From: an uncultured bacterium
GTDB taxonomy: Bacteria; Krumholzibacteriota; Krumholzibacteriia; Krumholzibacteriales; Krumholzibacteriaceae
Assembly: GCA_963786935.1 (NCBI GenBank)
Contig: CAWBAN010000005.1
Span: 238,642 to 302,641 of the forward strand
DNA length: 64,000 bases
Direction: 5' to 3'
The position numbers were made by a program, and so were the translations under genes. Each line of letters begins with the position of its first letter. The stretch's first letter is position 1. The notes beneath the pieces were generated by a model. It searched no databases and was not told where the DNA came from. It saw nothing but the letters and a program-made list of their open reading frames with translations. Positions 9,615 to 19,594 of the stretch are shown here, piece after piece.

Positions 9615-10829
9615 ATGAAGATACTCTGGCTGAAGAATAATCTGCTCCATCCGCTCGACGCGGGGGGCAGGATCAGGTCATACCATATCCTCCGGCGGAT
9701 CAACAGGAAGCACGAGGTGCATTACGCCGCGTTCGCCGATGAGCGCAGGGATGCGGCAGCGATGCGTCTCGCGTCCGAATACTGCCGCCGCCTGTTCACC
9801 GTCGAGCCGCCGCGCATCCCCGAGAAGAACACGCCCGGTTACTATGCGCGGGTGTTCGGGGGCCTCATCGACCCCACGCCGTTCACCGTATCATCGTATC
9901 GGAGCCCGACGATGCGCTCGCTCGTCGAGCGGCTCCTCGCAGCGAACGGGTACGATATCCTCGTCGCCGACTTTCTCGCAATGTACCTCAACGTGCCCGA
10001 CGTGCCGTCGATTCCCGTCGTGCATTTCTCGCACAACGTCGAGGCCATGATCTGGAAGCGCCATGGGGACAACGAAAAGAACGCATTCAAGCGATTCGTC
10101 TTCAGACGCGAGCAGAAACGCCTCGAAGGTTTCGAACGCAGAATCGTCACGACGTCAGCATTCACCATCGCGGTATCCGAGAAGGACTGCGGGCATTTCA
10201 GGCGCGTCTATGGGGCTACGCGGGTCGGATCCGTCGCGACCGGGGTCGACACCGGGTATTTTGCCCCGCGGGGAAAGTCCGAGGATCCCGACTCGATCAT
10301 CTTTCTCGGTTCGATGGACTGGACGCCCAACATCGACGCGATTCACCATTTCGTGAGAAGCATCTACCCGCTCATCAAGAACGAGGTGCCCGCCGCAAAA
10401 CTCTCGATCGTCGGCCGCAGTCCCGATGTTTCCGTAACGGCGCTTCAGGAGAGGGATCCCTCGATCATCGTAACGGGCACGGTATCCGATACGAGAGACT
10501 ACATCGACAGAGCCGCGGTTGCCGTCGTGCCGCTCAGGATCGGTGGAGGCACGCGGCTTAAGATCTACGAGATGATGGCGATGGCGAAGACGATCGTCTC
10601 GACGACGATCGGCGCCGAGGGTTTGAACTATTCGGACGGAAAGAACATTCTCATCGCGGACGAAGCGGAGAGGTTCGCGCAGCTCGTGATCGAGGCGCTC
10701 CGCGACGGCCGCCGCCGCGGGGCGATCGGGAACGATGCCAGGGACTTTGTCGTATCACGTTGCTCATGGGATGCGGTCGCGGATGAGTTCGTGCAATTGC
10801 TCGACCGTGCGAAGAAAGGGTGCGGATAA
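9615..10829 (+). CDS. glycosyltransferase family 4 (EPS sugar transferase)
   Basis: GGRIR, HNVE, GSMDW.PN.DA, GGGTRLKIYE. Confidence 0.9.
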   Translation: MKILWLKNNLLHPLDAGGRIRSYHILRRINRKHEVHYAAFADERRDAAAMRLASEYCRRLFTVEPPRIPEKNTPGYYARVFGGLIDPTPFTVSSYRSPTMRSLVERLLAANGYDILVADFLAMYLNVPDVPSIPVVHFSHNVEAMIWKRHGDNEKNAFKRFVFRREQKRLEGFERRIVTTSAFTIAVSEKDCGHFRRVYGATRVGSVATGVDTGYFAPRGKSEDPDSIIFLGSMDWTPNIDAIHHFVRSIYPLIKNEVPAAKLSIVGRSPDVSVTALQERDPSIIVTGTVSDTRDYIDRAAVAVVPLRIGGGTRLKIYEMMAMAKTIVSTTIGAEGLNYSDGKNILIADEAERFAQLVIEALRDGRRRGAIGNDARDFVVSRCSWDAVADEFVQLLDRAKKGCG

Positions 10830-12142
10830 TGAAGATAAGCGTCATGGGAATGGGGTACGTCGGATGCATTTCGGCCGCCTGCCTCGCGAACGAGGGGCAT
10901 TCCGTCATCGGCGTCGATGTCAATTCTCTGAAGGTGGATTTGATCAACGGGGGGAACACCCCCATAATCGAGGCTGGCATCGGAGATCTGATCGCCACGA
11001 ATGTCGGGAGTGGAACCCTCCGCGCGACGACGAACGCGAGGGCGGCGATCGTCGACACCGATATAACGATCGTGTGCGTGGGCACTCCGAGCAGGGCGAA
11101 CGGGAGCCTCGAGCTCGACTACATCGAGAAGGTGTGCGCGGAGATCGGCGCCGCGCTGAAGGGAAAAGACACGCGGCACCTCGTCGTTATCAGGAGCACG
11201 ATTCTTCCGGGGACGATGCGGGGCGTGGTGATTCCGACGATCGAGGCACGGAGCGGTCTCGAGGCGGGTTCGGGCTTCGGCATCTGCTTCAACCCCGAGT
11301 TTCTCCGCGAGGGGACATCGATTGAGGATTACTATCATCCGCCCAAGATCGTTGTCGGGAGCGCGGCGCCGCAGGATGCGGACCGCGTGTGTGATCTCTA
11401 CAAGGGCATCGCCGCGCCGACAATCAAGACAACCCTCGAGGTCGCCGAGATGGTGAAATACGTGGACAATTGCTTCCACGCGCTCAAGGTCTGCTTCGCG
11501 AACGAGATCGGGAACGTTTGCAAAGAACTTCAGATCGATAGCCACGCCGTTATGGATATCTTTTGCAGCGATACCAAACTCAACCTTTCGAGCTACTATT
11601 TCAAGCCCGGGTTCGCCTTCGGAGGCTCGTGTCTTCCAAAGGACCTTCGGGCGCTCACCTACAAAGTGAACGATCTCGATCTCAAGGCGCCGGTTCTCGC
11701 GGCGATCCTCGACAGCAACGAGTATCAGATCAAGCGCGGGGCGCAGATGATCCTCGATAAAGGGAAGAAGAACGTCGGCGTGCTCGGTTTCAGTTTCAAG
11801 GCCGGCACCGACGATCTTCGCGAGAGTCCCATGGTGGCGCTCATCGAGCTTCTCATCGGCAAGGGGTATAAGCTCAAGATCTACGATACGAACGTGAATC
11901 TCGCGAAGCTTGTCGGCGCTAATAAGGAGTACATCGAGAAGCACATCGAGCACATCTCGGCCCTCATGACGTCGAGTGTCGAGGAGCTCGTTTCCTTCGC
12001 CGAGATAATCGTCATTGGCAACAAAGCGGAAGAGTTCGTGAAGATTCTTCCCCTGCTCACCGAGCGCCACGACGTCATCGACTTCGTGCGGATCGCGAAG
12101 GAGGTTCGCACGAAGGCCCGCTATGAAGGATTGTGTTGGTAG
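10829..12142 (+). CDS. GDP-mannose/UDP-glucose 6-dehydrogenase (AlgD-like)
   Basis: GMGYVG, CVGTPS, NPEFLREG, GFAFGGSCLPKD, FKAGTDDLRESP; ends YEGLCW like AlgD. Confidence 0.93.
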   Translation: MKISVMGMGYVGCISAACLANEGHSVIGVDVNSLKVDLINGGNTPIIEAGIGDLIATNVGSGTLRATTNARAAIVDTDITIVCVGTPSRANGSLELDYIEKVCAEIGAALKGKDTRHLVVIRSTILPGTMRGVVIPTIEARSGLEAGSGFGICFNPEFLREGTSIEDYYHPPKIVVGSAAPQDADRVCDLYKGIAAPTIKTTLEVAEMVKYVDNCFHALKVCFANEIGNVCKELQIDSHAVMDIFCSDTKLNLSSYYFKPGFAFGGSCLPKDLRALTYKVNDLDLKAPVLAAILDSNEYQIKRGAQMILDKGKKNVGVLGFSFKAGTDDLRESPMVALIELLIGKGYKLKIYDTNVNLAKLVGANKEYIEKHIEHISALMTSSVEELVSFAEIIVIGNKAEEFVKILPLLTERHDVIDFVRIAKEVRTKARYEGLCW

Positions 12143-12143
12143 C

Positions 12144-14246
12144 ATGGCTGCAGTCGTTCAATTGCGCAGGCTCACCCTCGGAGAGCTCGCCTTCAGGCTG
12201 GCCGAGGAATTGAGGTTCGCTCGGGAGCGCGTCGCCGCACGAAAGGGGATTGCCTCGCATGCGGGAGCGTCGCGGCCGGACGAAACCGTTCCGCGGATTC
12301 TCTTCGCTTCGTTGCGGGAGCCCGAAGCGTCGCGCCGACTCTGGCTCGAGTTGTTTCCCGAATCGGCGCGCGAATCTGTCGCGATCTCCGATCAGATTCT
12401 CGCAAACCGGTTCCCCCTCTTTTCCGATGTCGTTGATTTCGGCGCTCATATCGACTGGCACCTCGACTATCACTCTCAAAAACGGACGCCGCTCAGCTTC
12501 TATCGCGATCTCCATCGCGCCGACCCCTGCGTCGTTGGGGACACGAAGAACATCTGGGAGCTCAACCGCCAGAATTATCTCCTGCACCTCGGGAAAGCGT
12601 ATTTCGCGACGAGGGAGAGGCGGTACTACGAGAAATGGAAAGAGATCATTCTATCGTGGATCGAAGGCAACCCGCATAATCGCGGCATTAACTGGGAAAG
12701 CAGCATAGAGCTGGCGATCAGGGCCATCAACTGGATCTGGTCGAGCTGGTTCTTTATCGAGGAACTGAAACAGGATCCGGCGCTGCGTGAGGCGTTCCAT
12801 GCGGCGCTCTCGGCGCATGCGCGGCATATCAACGATCACCTCTCGTTCTATTTCAGCCCGAACACGCACCTCACCTGCGAGGCCCTCGGTCTCGTGTACA
12901 TCGGCGCGTCGTTCCCGTCCATTCCGTCGGCGTCGCGATGGGTGTCGCGCGGCTTCGACATTCTCGAACGGGAGCTCGCTCGACAGGTGCTCGACGACGG
13001 CGGCTATTTCGAAATGGCAACCTACTATCACAAGTACACGATCGATTTCTACTTGCAATACCTCGTGCTCGGGGAGGACCGCGCGCGGCAGGCCCCGGAC
13101 GCGGAGTCGAAGATCAAGAAACTCATCACGCATCTCGCGCTGATCGCGGAGCCCGAAGGCACGATTCCCCTCTTCGGCGATTCCGATGGGGGTGAGCTCC
13201 TGCACCTGGGGATGAACAAGCGATCCGTGAAAGGCGCCTGCTGCGCCGCAGCCGCGCTTCTCGGGGATGCGGAGCTCGCCTCCCTCTGCGACAACGCATA
13301 CGCGGAGGAGGCGTTTTGGCTCCTTGGAAGAGCCGGTTTCGAGACGTTCGGTAATCTGAACCGCGGCGACCGGCGTGCGACGCACCATTCGATCAACAAA
13401 GCATCGGGCGTCTTTTGCTTCAGAACGGGAATGCGCGAACGGGACGCCTACGTGACGATCGATTGCGGCCCGCATGGCTGGAGGGCCTGCGGGCATGCCC
13501 ATGCCGACCTGTTGAGCTTCGAGTGGTATTGCGACGGCGCGAAAGTCGTCGTCGATCCGGGTACCTATACGTACAAAGGCTCGAGGCAATCGCGTGATGA
13601 AGCGCGGAGCAGCCAGCGCCACAATACGATTACGATCGACGGCATCTCGCAGTCGATTCCGGGCGACACGTTCAAATGGAAAACGATTGCCCACCCGAAA
13701 TACGCGGCCGCGCGGACATTCAAGCGATATGGGCTCTTCGAGGGGGAACACGACGCCTATGAAGCACTCGGGTGCCGGCATCGGCGCTCGGTGCTGTTCC
13801 TGGGCGCCGAGCTCACGGTGGTCGCCGATTTCGTCAAGGTGGCGCGACCCCGGGCATCGCTCCTCTCGAACCTGCAGTTCGGCGAGGGGACGCTCGAGCG
13901 GGTCGGCGCTCACGCGTACCGCTTTGTGCCCGCCTGCAATTCGAAGAGCTATTACGTGCGCCTCATGGGGACGCGGGATTTCGATACTGCCGTCGAGGAA
14001 TCAGAAATCTACCCCGACTATAACAGGGCCGTGAGCGCGCCGAGACTCATGCTGACGGAGCGTGATCTCTGCGCCGATCAGGTGATCGTCATGCTCTTCG
14101 GAACGGATTCCGCGCTGCTCCGGAGCTTTGGCCTCGGCGGCGGTATGATTCTTAAGGGTTTCGCGGCAGAGCGCGAATATGAAATCCATCTTGCGCCCGA
14201 AGGCATCGACGCGGTATCAATCGACGCGAAAGCGCTTCCATTATGA
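12144..14246 (+). CDS. heparinase II/III-family protein
   Basis: WELNR, NTHL, DGGYFE.ATYYH, GHAHADLLSFE, DPGTY.Y, HNT. Confidence 0.88.
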   Translation: MAAVVQLRRLTLGELAFRLAEELRFARERVAARKGIASHAGASRPDETVPRILFASLREPEASRRLWLELFPESARESVAISDQILANRFPLFSDVVDFGAHIDWHLDYHSQKRTPLSFYRDLHRADPCVVGDTKNIWELNRQNYLLHLGKAYFATRERRYYEKWKEIILSWIEGNPHNRGINWESSIELAIRAINWIWSSWFFIEELKQDPALREAFHAALSAHARHINDHLSFYFSPNTHLTCEALGLVYIGASFPSIPSASRWVSRGFDILERELARQVLDDGGYFEMATYYHKYTIDFYLQYLVLGEDRARQAPDAESKIKKLITHLALIAEPEGTIPLFGDSDGGELLHLGMNKRSVKGACCAAAALLGDAELASLCDNAYAEEAFWLLGRAGFETFGNLNRGDRRATHHSINKASGVFCFRTGMRERDAYVTIDCGPHGWRACGHAHADLLSFEWYCDGAKVVVDPGTYTYKGSRQSRDEARSSQRHNTITIDGISQSIPGDTFKWKTIAHPKYAAARTFKRYGLFEGEHDAYEALGCRHRRSVLFLGAELTVVADFVKVARPRASLLSNLQFGEGTLERVGAHAYRFVPACNSKSYYVRLMGTRDFDTAVEESEIYPDYNRAVSAPRLMLTERDLCADQVIVMLFGTDSALLRSFGLGGGMILKGFAAEREYEIHLAPEGIDAVSIDAKALPL

Positions 14247-15337
14247 GTCGTGCGCTCGAATACATGAAGGATCGCCCCACCTACGAGGCTCAGCCGCGGG
14301 CCGTCGCGTTCTACCTGTTCATGAAAAGGGCATTTCTGCTCTTCTTCAAACTCCTCGGTCTCTTTCGTCTGTCGAGCCGTCTCACGCGCAGAGGTTGCCG
14401 CATACTCTGCTACCACGGTTTCTCGCTCGCTGACGAAAGCGCATTCAGCAGGCGGACATTCATTGATCCCGATACCTTCGAGAAACGAATGGCGTTTCTC
14501 AAGAGAAACGGCTTCCGCGTGCTCGGGCTCGATGAGGCGCTCAGGCTCCTTGATGCGGACGCGATGCCGCCGAAGGCGACCGTCATAACGATAGACGATG
14601 GATTCCTGAGCGTGCGCACCGTTGCCTGGCCCGTCCTCGAGAAGTATCGTTTCCCCGCGACGATCTACGTGTCGACCTACTACGCGGTCAAGGAGAATCC
14701 CGTCTTCAACCTCGCGGTCCAGTACATGTTCTGGAAAACGAGAAAGACCGAGATCGACGTTACGGGAATCGGCATCCCTCGATCAGGCGTCGTCTCCTTG
14801 GGCGAAAAGGACGCAAAGACCGCGCTCCTCTGGGAGATCATCCGGCACGGAGACGCCGATTGCGACGAGGAGGGGCGAGTGAGGCTCTCGTGCGCGATCG
14901 GGGAGCGCCTGGGCGTCGATTACGAGGGCATCGCGAAAAGTCGCATGCTCAGCATCATGACTCTCGATGAGATCAAGGAGCTCGCCGCGTCCGGCGCCGA
15001 CATCCAGCTCCACACGCACCGGCATGAATTTCCGCGGGTCCGCGAGAGCGCCCTTCGCGAGATACGGGACAACCGGGCGGTGCTTGAGCCCATCGTCGGA
15101 AAGACGCTCGAGCATTTCTGCTACCCGAGCGGGTTCTGGGCCGAGGATCAGTGGCCCTGGCTCGCTGAAACGGGCATGCGAAGCGCCGTCACCTGCGAGA
15201 GCGGATTGAATTATCGGGATACGCCGCGCTACGGGCTCAGGCGAATCGGGGACGACGAGGGTTTGTCCCAGATAGAACTGGAAGCGCAGATGTGCGGTTT
15301 CTATGAAATGTTCCGCCCGTTCATCAAATCGCGGTAG
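14243..15337 (+). CDS. polysaccharide deacetylase
   Basis: ILCYH, TIDDG, HTHRH, FCYPSG. Confidence 0.9.
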   Translation: MSRALEYMKDRPTYEAQPRAVAFYLFMKRAFLLFFKLLGLFRLSSRLTRRGCRILCYHGFSLADESAFSRRTFIDPDTFEKRMAFLKRNGFRVLGLDEALRLLDADAMPPKATVITIDDGFLSVRTVAWPVLEKYRFPATIYVSTYYAVKENPVFNLAVQYMFWKTRKTEIDVTGIGIPRSGVVSLGEKDAKTALLWEIIRHGDADCDEEGRVRLSCAIGERLGVDYEGIAKSRMLSIMTLDEIKELAASGADIQLHTHRHEFPRVRESALREIRDNRAVLEPIVGKTLEHFCYPSGFWAEDQWPWLAETGMRSAVTCESGLNYRDTPRYGLRRIGDDEGLSQIELEAQMCGFYEMFRPFIKSR

Positions 15338-16353
15338 AGCGCGAGCACTTCCTCGATGTTGCCGCTGTTTTCCGGCCCCGGCACGCGTTCCTTCTCCTGC
15401 AGCCCCAACCGCTCTTCGATCGCGCCGCGGAGCGCGTCGGGATCGCCGATCGGAACGAGACGCACCCCCTGCGGCCTGAGTCCGGTGTCCGTCGCGACGA
15501 CGGGCACGGCGAGGTGCAGAGCTTCTCTCACGGCGATGGAATCCCCATCGTAACGGGACGTCCGGAGGAACACGTCGCACCGGCGGATCGCTCCGAGCGT
15601 TTCCTCGTGCGGCATGTCCCCGCACAACAGAACATCCCCCGCGTAGGGCTTCCCGGCTATCCGCGCCCGCAGGTCCCCCTCGAGACTCCCCGAACCGATG
15701 ATCACGAGCCCCGCCTTCGAGTGTTGCTCGCGGGTACGCCCGAGGGTGTCAATCTGGAGAGAGAGATCGTATTCCGGTTCGAGAAGCCCGACCGTACAGA
15801 GGACGGGATCGTGCGCTGCGAAGAAGTCCTCGAGCCGTTCGCTCAGACGGCGGTCCCGTGGCGCCGGAGGAAGGGCGTGCGGCAGGATGAGCAGCACTTT
15901 TTCCGGCTTCAGGCCGAAGCGATGGAAGAGCCCGACGAGCTCGGGATTGACGCAGATGATCCGGTCGAATCGGCGGAAGACGAAACCTCTCAGCGTGAGC
16001 GGTCGCGCGCTCAGCCCCGCCGGCGAGGCGGGATACCCTCCCGAATGGAAAGTGAGCACCGCTTTCTTCCCCGGAATCGAGCAGCAGGCAAAGGCGAGCG
16101 CGAGGAGCCGCGTCGTGACGTTTCCGCCGATATGCAGGTGCACGATGTCGTAGCGGAGCCGCACGAGGAGCCGGAGGAGCCCGAGCCCGTTCCTCGGGTA
16201 GTAGATACCGTCCGCGTCGGGCTTGCGGTGGCGCGTGATGTTGATGACCTGCGGAGAGAAGCCGTTGCCGAGCAAGAGCCGATGGATAGCGACCAGGTTG
16301 CTCTGCACGCCGCCGTGGGGAGGAGGATAGGGGCCCAGCTGAAGCACTCGCAT
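15301..16353 (-). CDS. glycosyltransferase family 4
   Basis: GPYPPPHGGV, RTS..DGDSIAVREA....PVVATD. Confidence 0.88.
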   Translation of the reverse strand: MRVLQLGPYPPPHGGVQSNLVAIHRLLLGNGFSPQVINITRHRKPDADGIYYPRNGLGLLRLLVRLRYDIVHLHIGGNVTTRLLALAFACCSIPGKKAVLTFHSGGYPASPAGLSARPLTLRGFVFRRFDRIICVNPELVGLFHRFGLKPEKVLLILPHALPPAPRDRRLSERLEDFFAAHDPVLCTVGLLEPEYDLSLQIDTLGRTREQHSKAGLVIIGSGSLEGDLRARIAGKPYAGDVLLCGDMPHEETLGAIRRCDVFLRTSRYDGDSIAVREALHLAVPVVATDTGLRPQGVRLVPIGDPDALRGAIEERLGLQEKERVPGPENSGNIEEVLALYRDLMNGRNIS

Positions 16354-16363
16354 GTTCGTATCG

Positions 16364-18535
16364 CTAGTAGAGGATCGCTTCGAGATCGATGGCGCACGGC
16401 GTTTGCGTCCGCGCCGATTCGAGCATGCGCAGTCCGCCGATCGTCGCGCGCGCGCCGTCCCGCTCGGTGACCTCGGGCGGTTCGCCGCTGCGCAGACTCG
16501 AAAGGAAGGACGCCATCTGCATATCGTACCCCTTCGCGGGCCAGAGGCGGGATTTGGTCCTGCTCACAGCGCCCATGACGGTGGACCGCTTGAAGTTCTC
16601 CGCGACTGCGCCGCCGCCGTTCACGAACACCTCGACGCGTTCCCCCTGTGAAGCCTTGCTCCCGACGGTGCAATAGGTGAAATTCGCGATGGACCCGTCC
16701 GCGAAAAAGAAACTCGCCGCGATATTGTTCTCTCCGATCGGTTCGGCCGCGCCCGTCGGCAAGCTGAACGCGGAGACGCCGACCGGCTCCGACCCGAGGA
16801 GCCAGTACATGAGGTCTATGAAATGGACCGCCTCTCCGAGAATCGCCCCGCCGATCGATGGATCGGCGCCCCAGAAGGAGCCTGACATGCCGGGCGAATT
16901 GATGCGGCAATTTATCACCGCGGGGCCCGATCGTCGCGCCGCGAATTGTTTGAGCTCCCGATAGCTCGGCGCGAAGCGTCTGTTGAATCCGACCGACAGA
17001 CGCTTGCCGCTTTCACGCACCGCCCCCAGGAGCGCGCGGCATTCATCCTCCGTGAGCGCCATGGGCTTCTCGACGAAGACGTGCTTACCCGCCTTGAGCG
17101 CCGCGAGCGCCTGCTCCGCATGATATTGATGGCGGGTGGTGATGATGACGACGTCGATCGCGGGATCCTTCAGAATATCCGCGTAATCCGTGCAGCAGTA
17201 AGCCGCGCCGTACCGGCGCGCGTAACTCTTGGCGCGCACGCCGTTCGTCGCGCATACTGCGCGCAGCGTGACGTTCGGAGTCTTCTTGATGCGTGGCATG
17301 TGCGCCCACCGCACGATGTTCGACGCCCCGACGAGGGCGACGCGCAGGCCCGAGGAGCCGGCTGGCGGGGCGGCGACGGGAACCGCCGTCTTTCCTCCTG
17401 CGGGCGGGGTGATTTCAGCCGAACCCGGCACGGGGTAGCGCAGAAGCACGGCGAGGCTGCGTGCCGAAGCGTCCAGGATCGTCTCATATGCCCGCGGCGC
17501 TTCGGTCAGCGGGAACTCGTGCGTGATGAGCGGCTTGAGCCTGACGTCTCCGCGGGAGACCAGTCTCAGGAATTCCGCCATATTGCGGTTCTCGGTCCAG
17601 CGCACGTACGCGATCGGGTAATCCTGAGCGCCCTTTTCGTAGCGTTCGTCGTAGCTGCCGGGACCGTACGCGCGCGACATGAAGAGCCGGATTTCCTTCT
17701 TGTACATCTCTTCCCAGGGGAAATGCATGTCGACGGCTCCGACGATGACGATACGGCCCCGATCCTTGCAGATCGAGAGCGCTTGCGCGCAGGGAATCGC
17801 CGATTTCGAGGCGGCCGCGACGATGACGCAGTCCGCCCCTCTTCCATCGGTGATGCCTCGGATCGCTTCCGGAAGTGACGCGCCCCCCAAGAATCCGTGC
17901 GAAGCGCCGAGGTTCCGCGCGAGCTCCACGCGGTTCTCGACGAGATCGATCGCCAGGGCGATGCCGCCGCTCGCGCGCACGAGCTGGCAGACGAGCTGTC
18001 CAACGATCCCCAGGCCGAGCACGGCGACCGTATCACCGAGGCCGATCTCGGCGATGCGGATCGAGTTGAGCGCGATGCTCCCGAGGGTCGTGAAGCACGC
18101 TTCCTCGAATTGCACGTCGTCCGGAACCGGGACGACGAGGTTTCTCCCGGTGATGATCGTCTCGGCGTGTCCGGTTCCTTCGCCCCCGTAGGCAACGCGC
18201 GCCCCGACGGCCATATCCGTCACGGTCGGATGCTTGTCGATGAGGATTCCCGCCCCCGAATAGCCGAGCGCCGCGTACTCATTGAACTTCGCGAGAATCT
18301 CATGCGTCGTGCGCACGGGATCGGTGATCTTCATTACTTCCCAGATCTTCCGGAGATGGGAGGGATTCTCAGCGACTTCCTTGACCACAGCTTCTTGATG
18401 GATGCTCGCCGTTTCGGTCCCGCTCGAGATGAGGGAGTATACGGGCTTGATGAGAACATGGTGGGCCTTCGCGATCGGCTCCGGGACTTCGTCCACGATA
18501 ATGTCCCGAAGACCTTTTCGAATCACTTGTTTCAT
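16364..18535 (-). CDS. bi-domain oxidoreductase (Zn-ADH-like plus Gfo/Idh/MocA)
   Basis: SLISSGTE, LGYSGAG, GLGIVG, YGPG.YD, RWTENRN; second domain VEKPM, GFNRRF, GEAVHFID. Confidence 0.9.
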   Translation of the reverse strand: MKQVIRKGLRDIIVDEVPEPIAKAHHVLIKPVYSLISSGTETASIHQEAVVKEVAENPSHLRKIWEVMKITDPVRTTHEILAKFNEYAALGYSGAGILIDKHPTVTDMAVGARVAYGGEGTGHAETIITGRNLVVPVPDDVQFEEACFTTLGSIALNSIRIAEIGLGDTVAVLGLGIVGQLVCQLVRASGGIALAIDLVENRVELARNLGASHGFLGGASLPEAIRGITDGRGADCVIVAAASKSAIPCAQALSICKDRGRIVIVGAVDMHFPWEEMYKKEIRLFMSRAYGPGSYDERYEKGAQDYPIAYVRWTENRNMAEFLRLVSRGDVRLKPLITHEFPLTEAPRAYETILDASARSLAVLLRYPVPGSAEITPPAGGKTAVPVAAPPAGSSGLRVALVGASNIVRWAHMPRIKKTPNVTLRAVCATNGVRAKSYARRYGAAYCCTDYADILKDPAIDVVIITTRHQYHAEQALAALKAGKHVFVEKPMALTEDECRALLGAVRESGKRLSVGFNRRFAPSYRELKQFAARRSGPAVINCRINSPGMSGSFWGADPSIGGAILGEAVHFIDLMYWLLGSEPVGVSAFSLPTGAAEPIGENNIAASFFFADGSIANFTYCTVGSKASQGERVEVFVNGGGAVAENFKRSTVMGAVSRTKSRLWPAKGYDMQMASFLSSLRSGEPPEVTERDGARATIGGLRMLESARTQTPCAIDLEAILY

Positions 18536-18812
18536 CGTAACCGCTCTTCCCGGCGAATAGAGTGTGTACGAGACCTTTTCGGATAATTCCGCGTTCAGAG
18601 AGAGAACGTTCAAGGGAACGCTATCAGAACCAATCGGGTTGAGCAAGAAGAATACCAGTTGCTGCCGGGGGGGAGCGATGCGCCACCGGCGAAGAAAAAA
18701 CGGTTGAAATCATTTCAGCCTTGGCATATCATCCGCGGAGAGCGCAACTGCTCAATTTGTTATTATACAATAGGTTGTTTGATTGCGCGCTCGGGGCGCC
18801 GGTGAACACCAA

Positions 18813-19586
18813 ATGAGAATCTCCGAATTCATCCTGAAAATCAAGCGGAGGGAAACTCCTTTCTACGATCGTCTATACCGGATGGGGAAGGCCGCACGCG
18901 GATGGGAGATGCCCTACGTCAAAGGGCTCCACGATTTCGGGTACCACGAGCGATTGTTTAGAATCAACGCATGGCGTTCCTTTTGGCGGGTGTTCTATTA
19001 TCAGCCGCTCTTTCGCAGCCGGTGCGTTTCGTGCGGCAGTCGTCTCTATATCGACAACACCGGCCAGGGAATTCCGTTCCTCGAGGGAAACCTCAAGATA
19101 AGAATCGGGAACGATGTCTTTCTCTACGACCGCATCACGCTCGCCGGTCTCACCGCCGGCGAGAATCCGATGTTCACGGTCGGCGACAACACGATGATAG
19201 CCATGCCGATCGCGATTATGGTAGGCCGTGAGGTCTCGATCGGCTCGAACTGCCTCATCGGGAGCAGTCTCATCGCCGACAACTCCGGCCATAACCTCGA
19301 TTACAAGATTAGATTCCAGAAGCTCGTCAAGATCCTCATCGGTAAAGTGAAGATCGGCAACTACGTCTATACCGGTCACCAGTCGATAATCATCGGCAAC
19401 GTCACGATCGGCGACGGAGCGATTATCGGCGCGGGCTCGGTGGTCACCACGAGCATTCCGCCCTTCTGCGTCGTCGTGGGCAATCCGGCGCGCCTCGTCA
19501 AGAAGCTCCCCTTCCCGAAAGAGATGATAGATGTCGTCGGGGAGGAGCAGTACCGAAAGTACCTCGATGCGAAGGTCGAAGCGTAA
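18813..19586 (+). CDS. hexapeptide-repeat O-acyltransferase
   Basis: Left-handed beta-helix repeats; IGDGAIIGAGSVV...VVVGNPAR. Confidence 0.9.
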   Translation: MRISEFILKIKRRETPFYDRLYRMGKAARGWEMPYVKGLHDFGYHERLFRINAWRSFWRVFYYQPLFRSRCVSCGSRLYIDNTGQGIPFLEGNLKIRIGNDVFLYDRITLAGLTAGENPMFTVGDNTMIAMPIAIMVGREVSIGSNCLIGSSLIADNSGHNLDYKIRFQKLVKILIGKVKIGNYVYTGHQSIIIGNVTIGDGAIIGAGSVVTTSIPPFCVVVGNPARLVKKLPFPKEMIDVVGEEQYRKYLDAKVEA

Positions 19587-19594
19587 GAAGGAAC

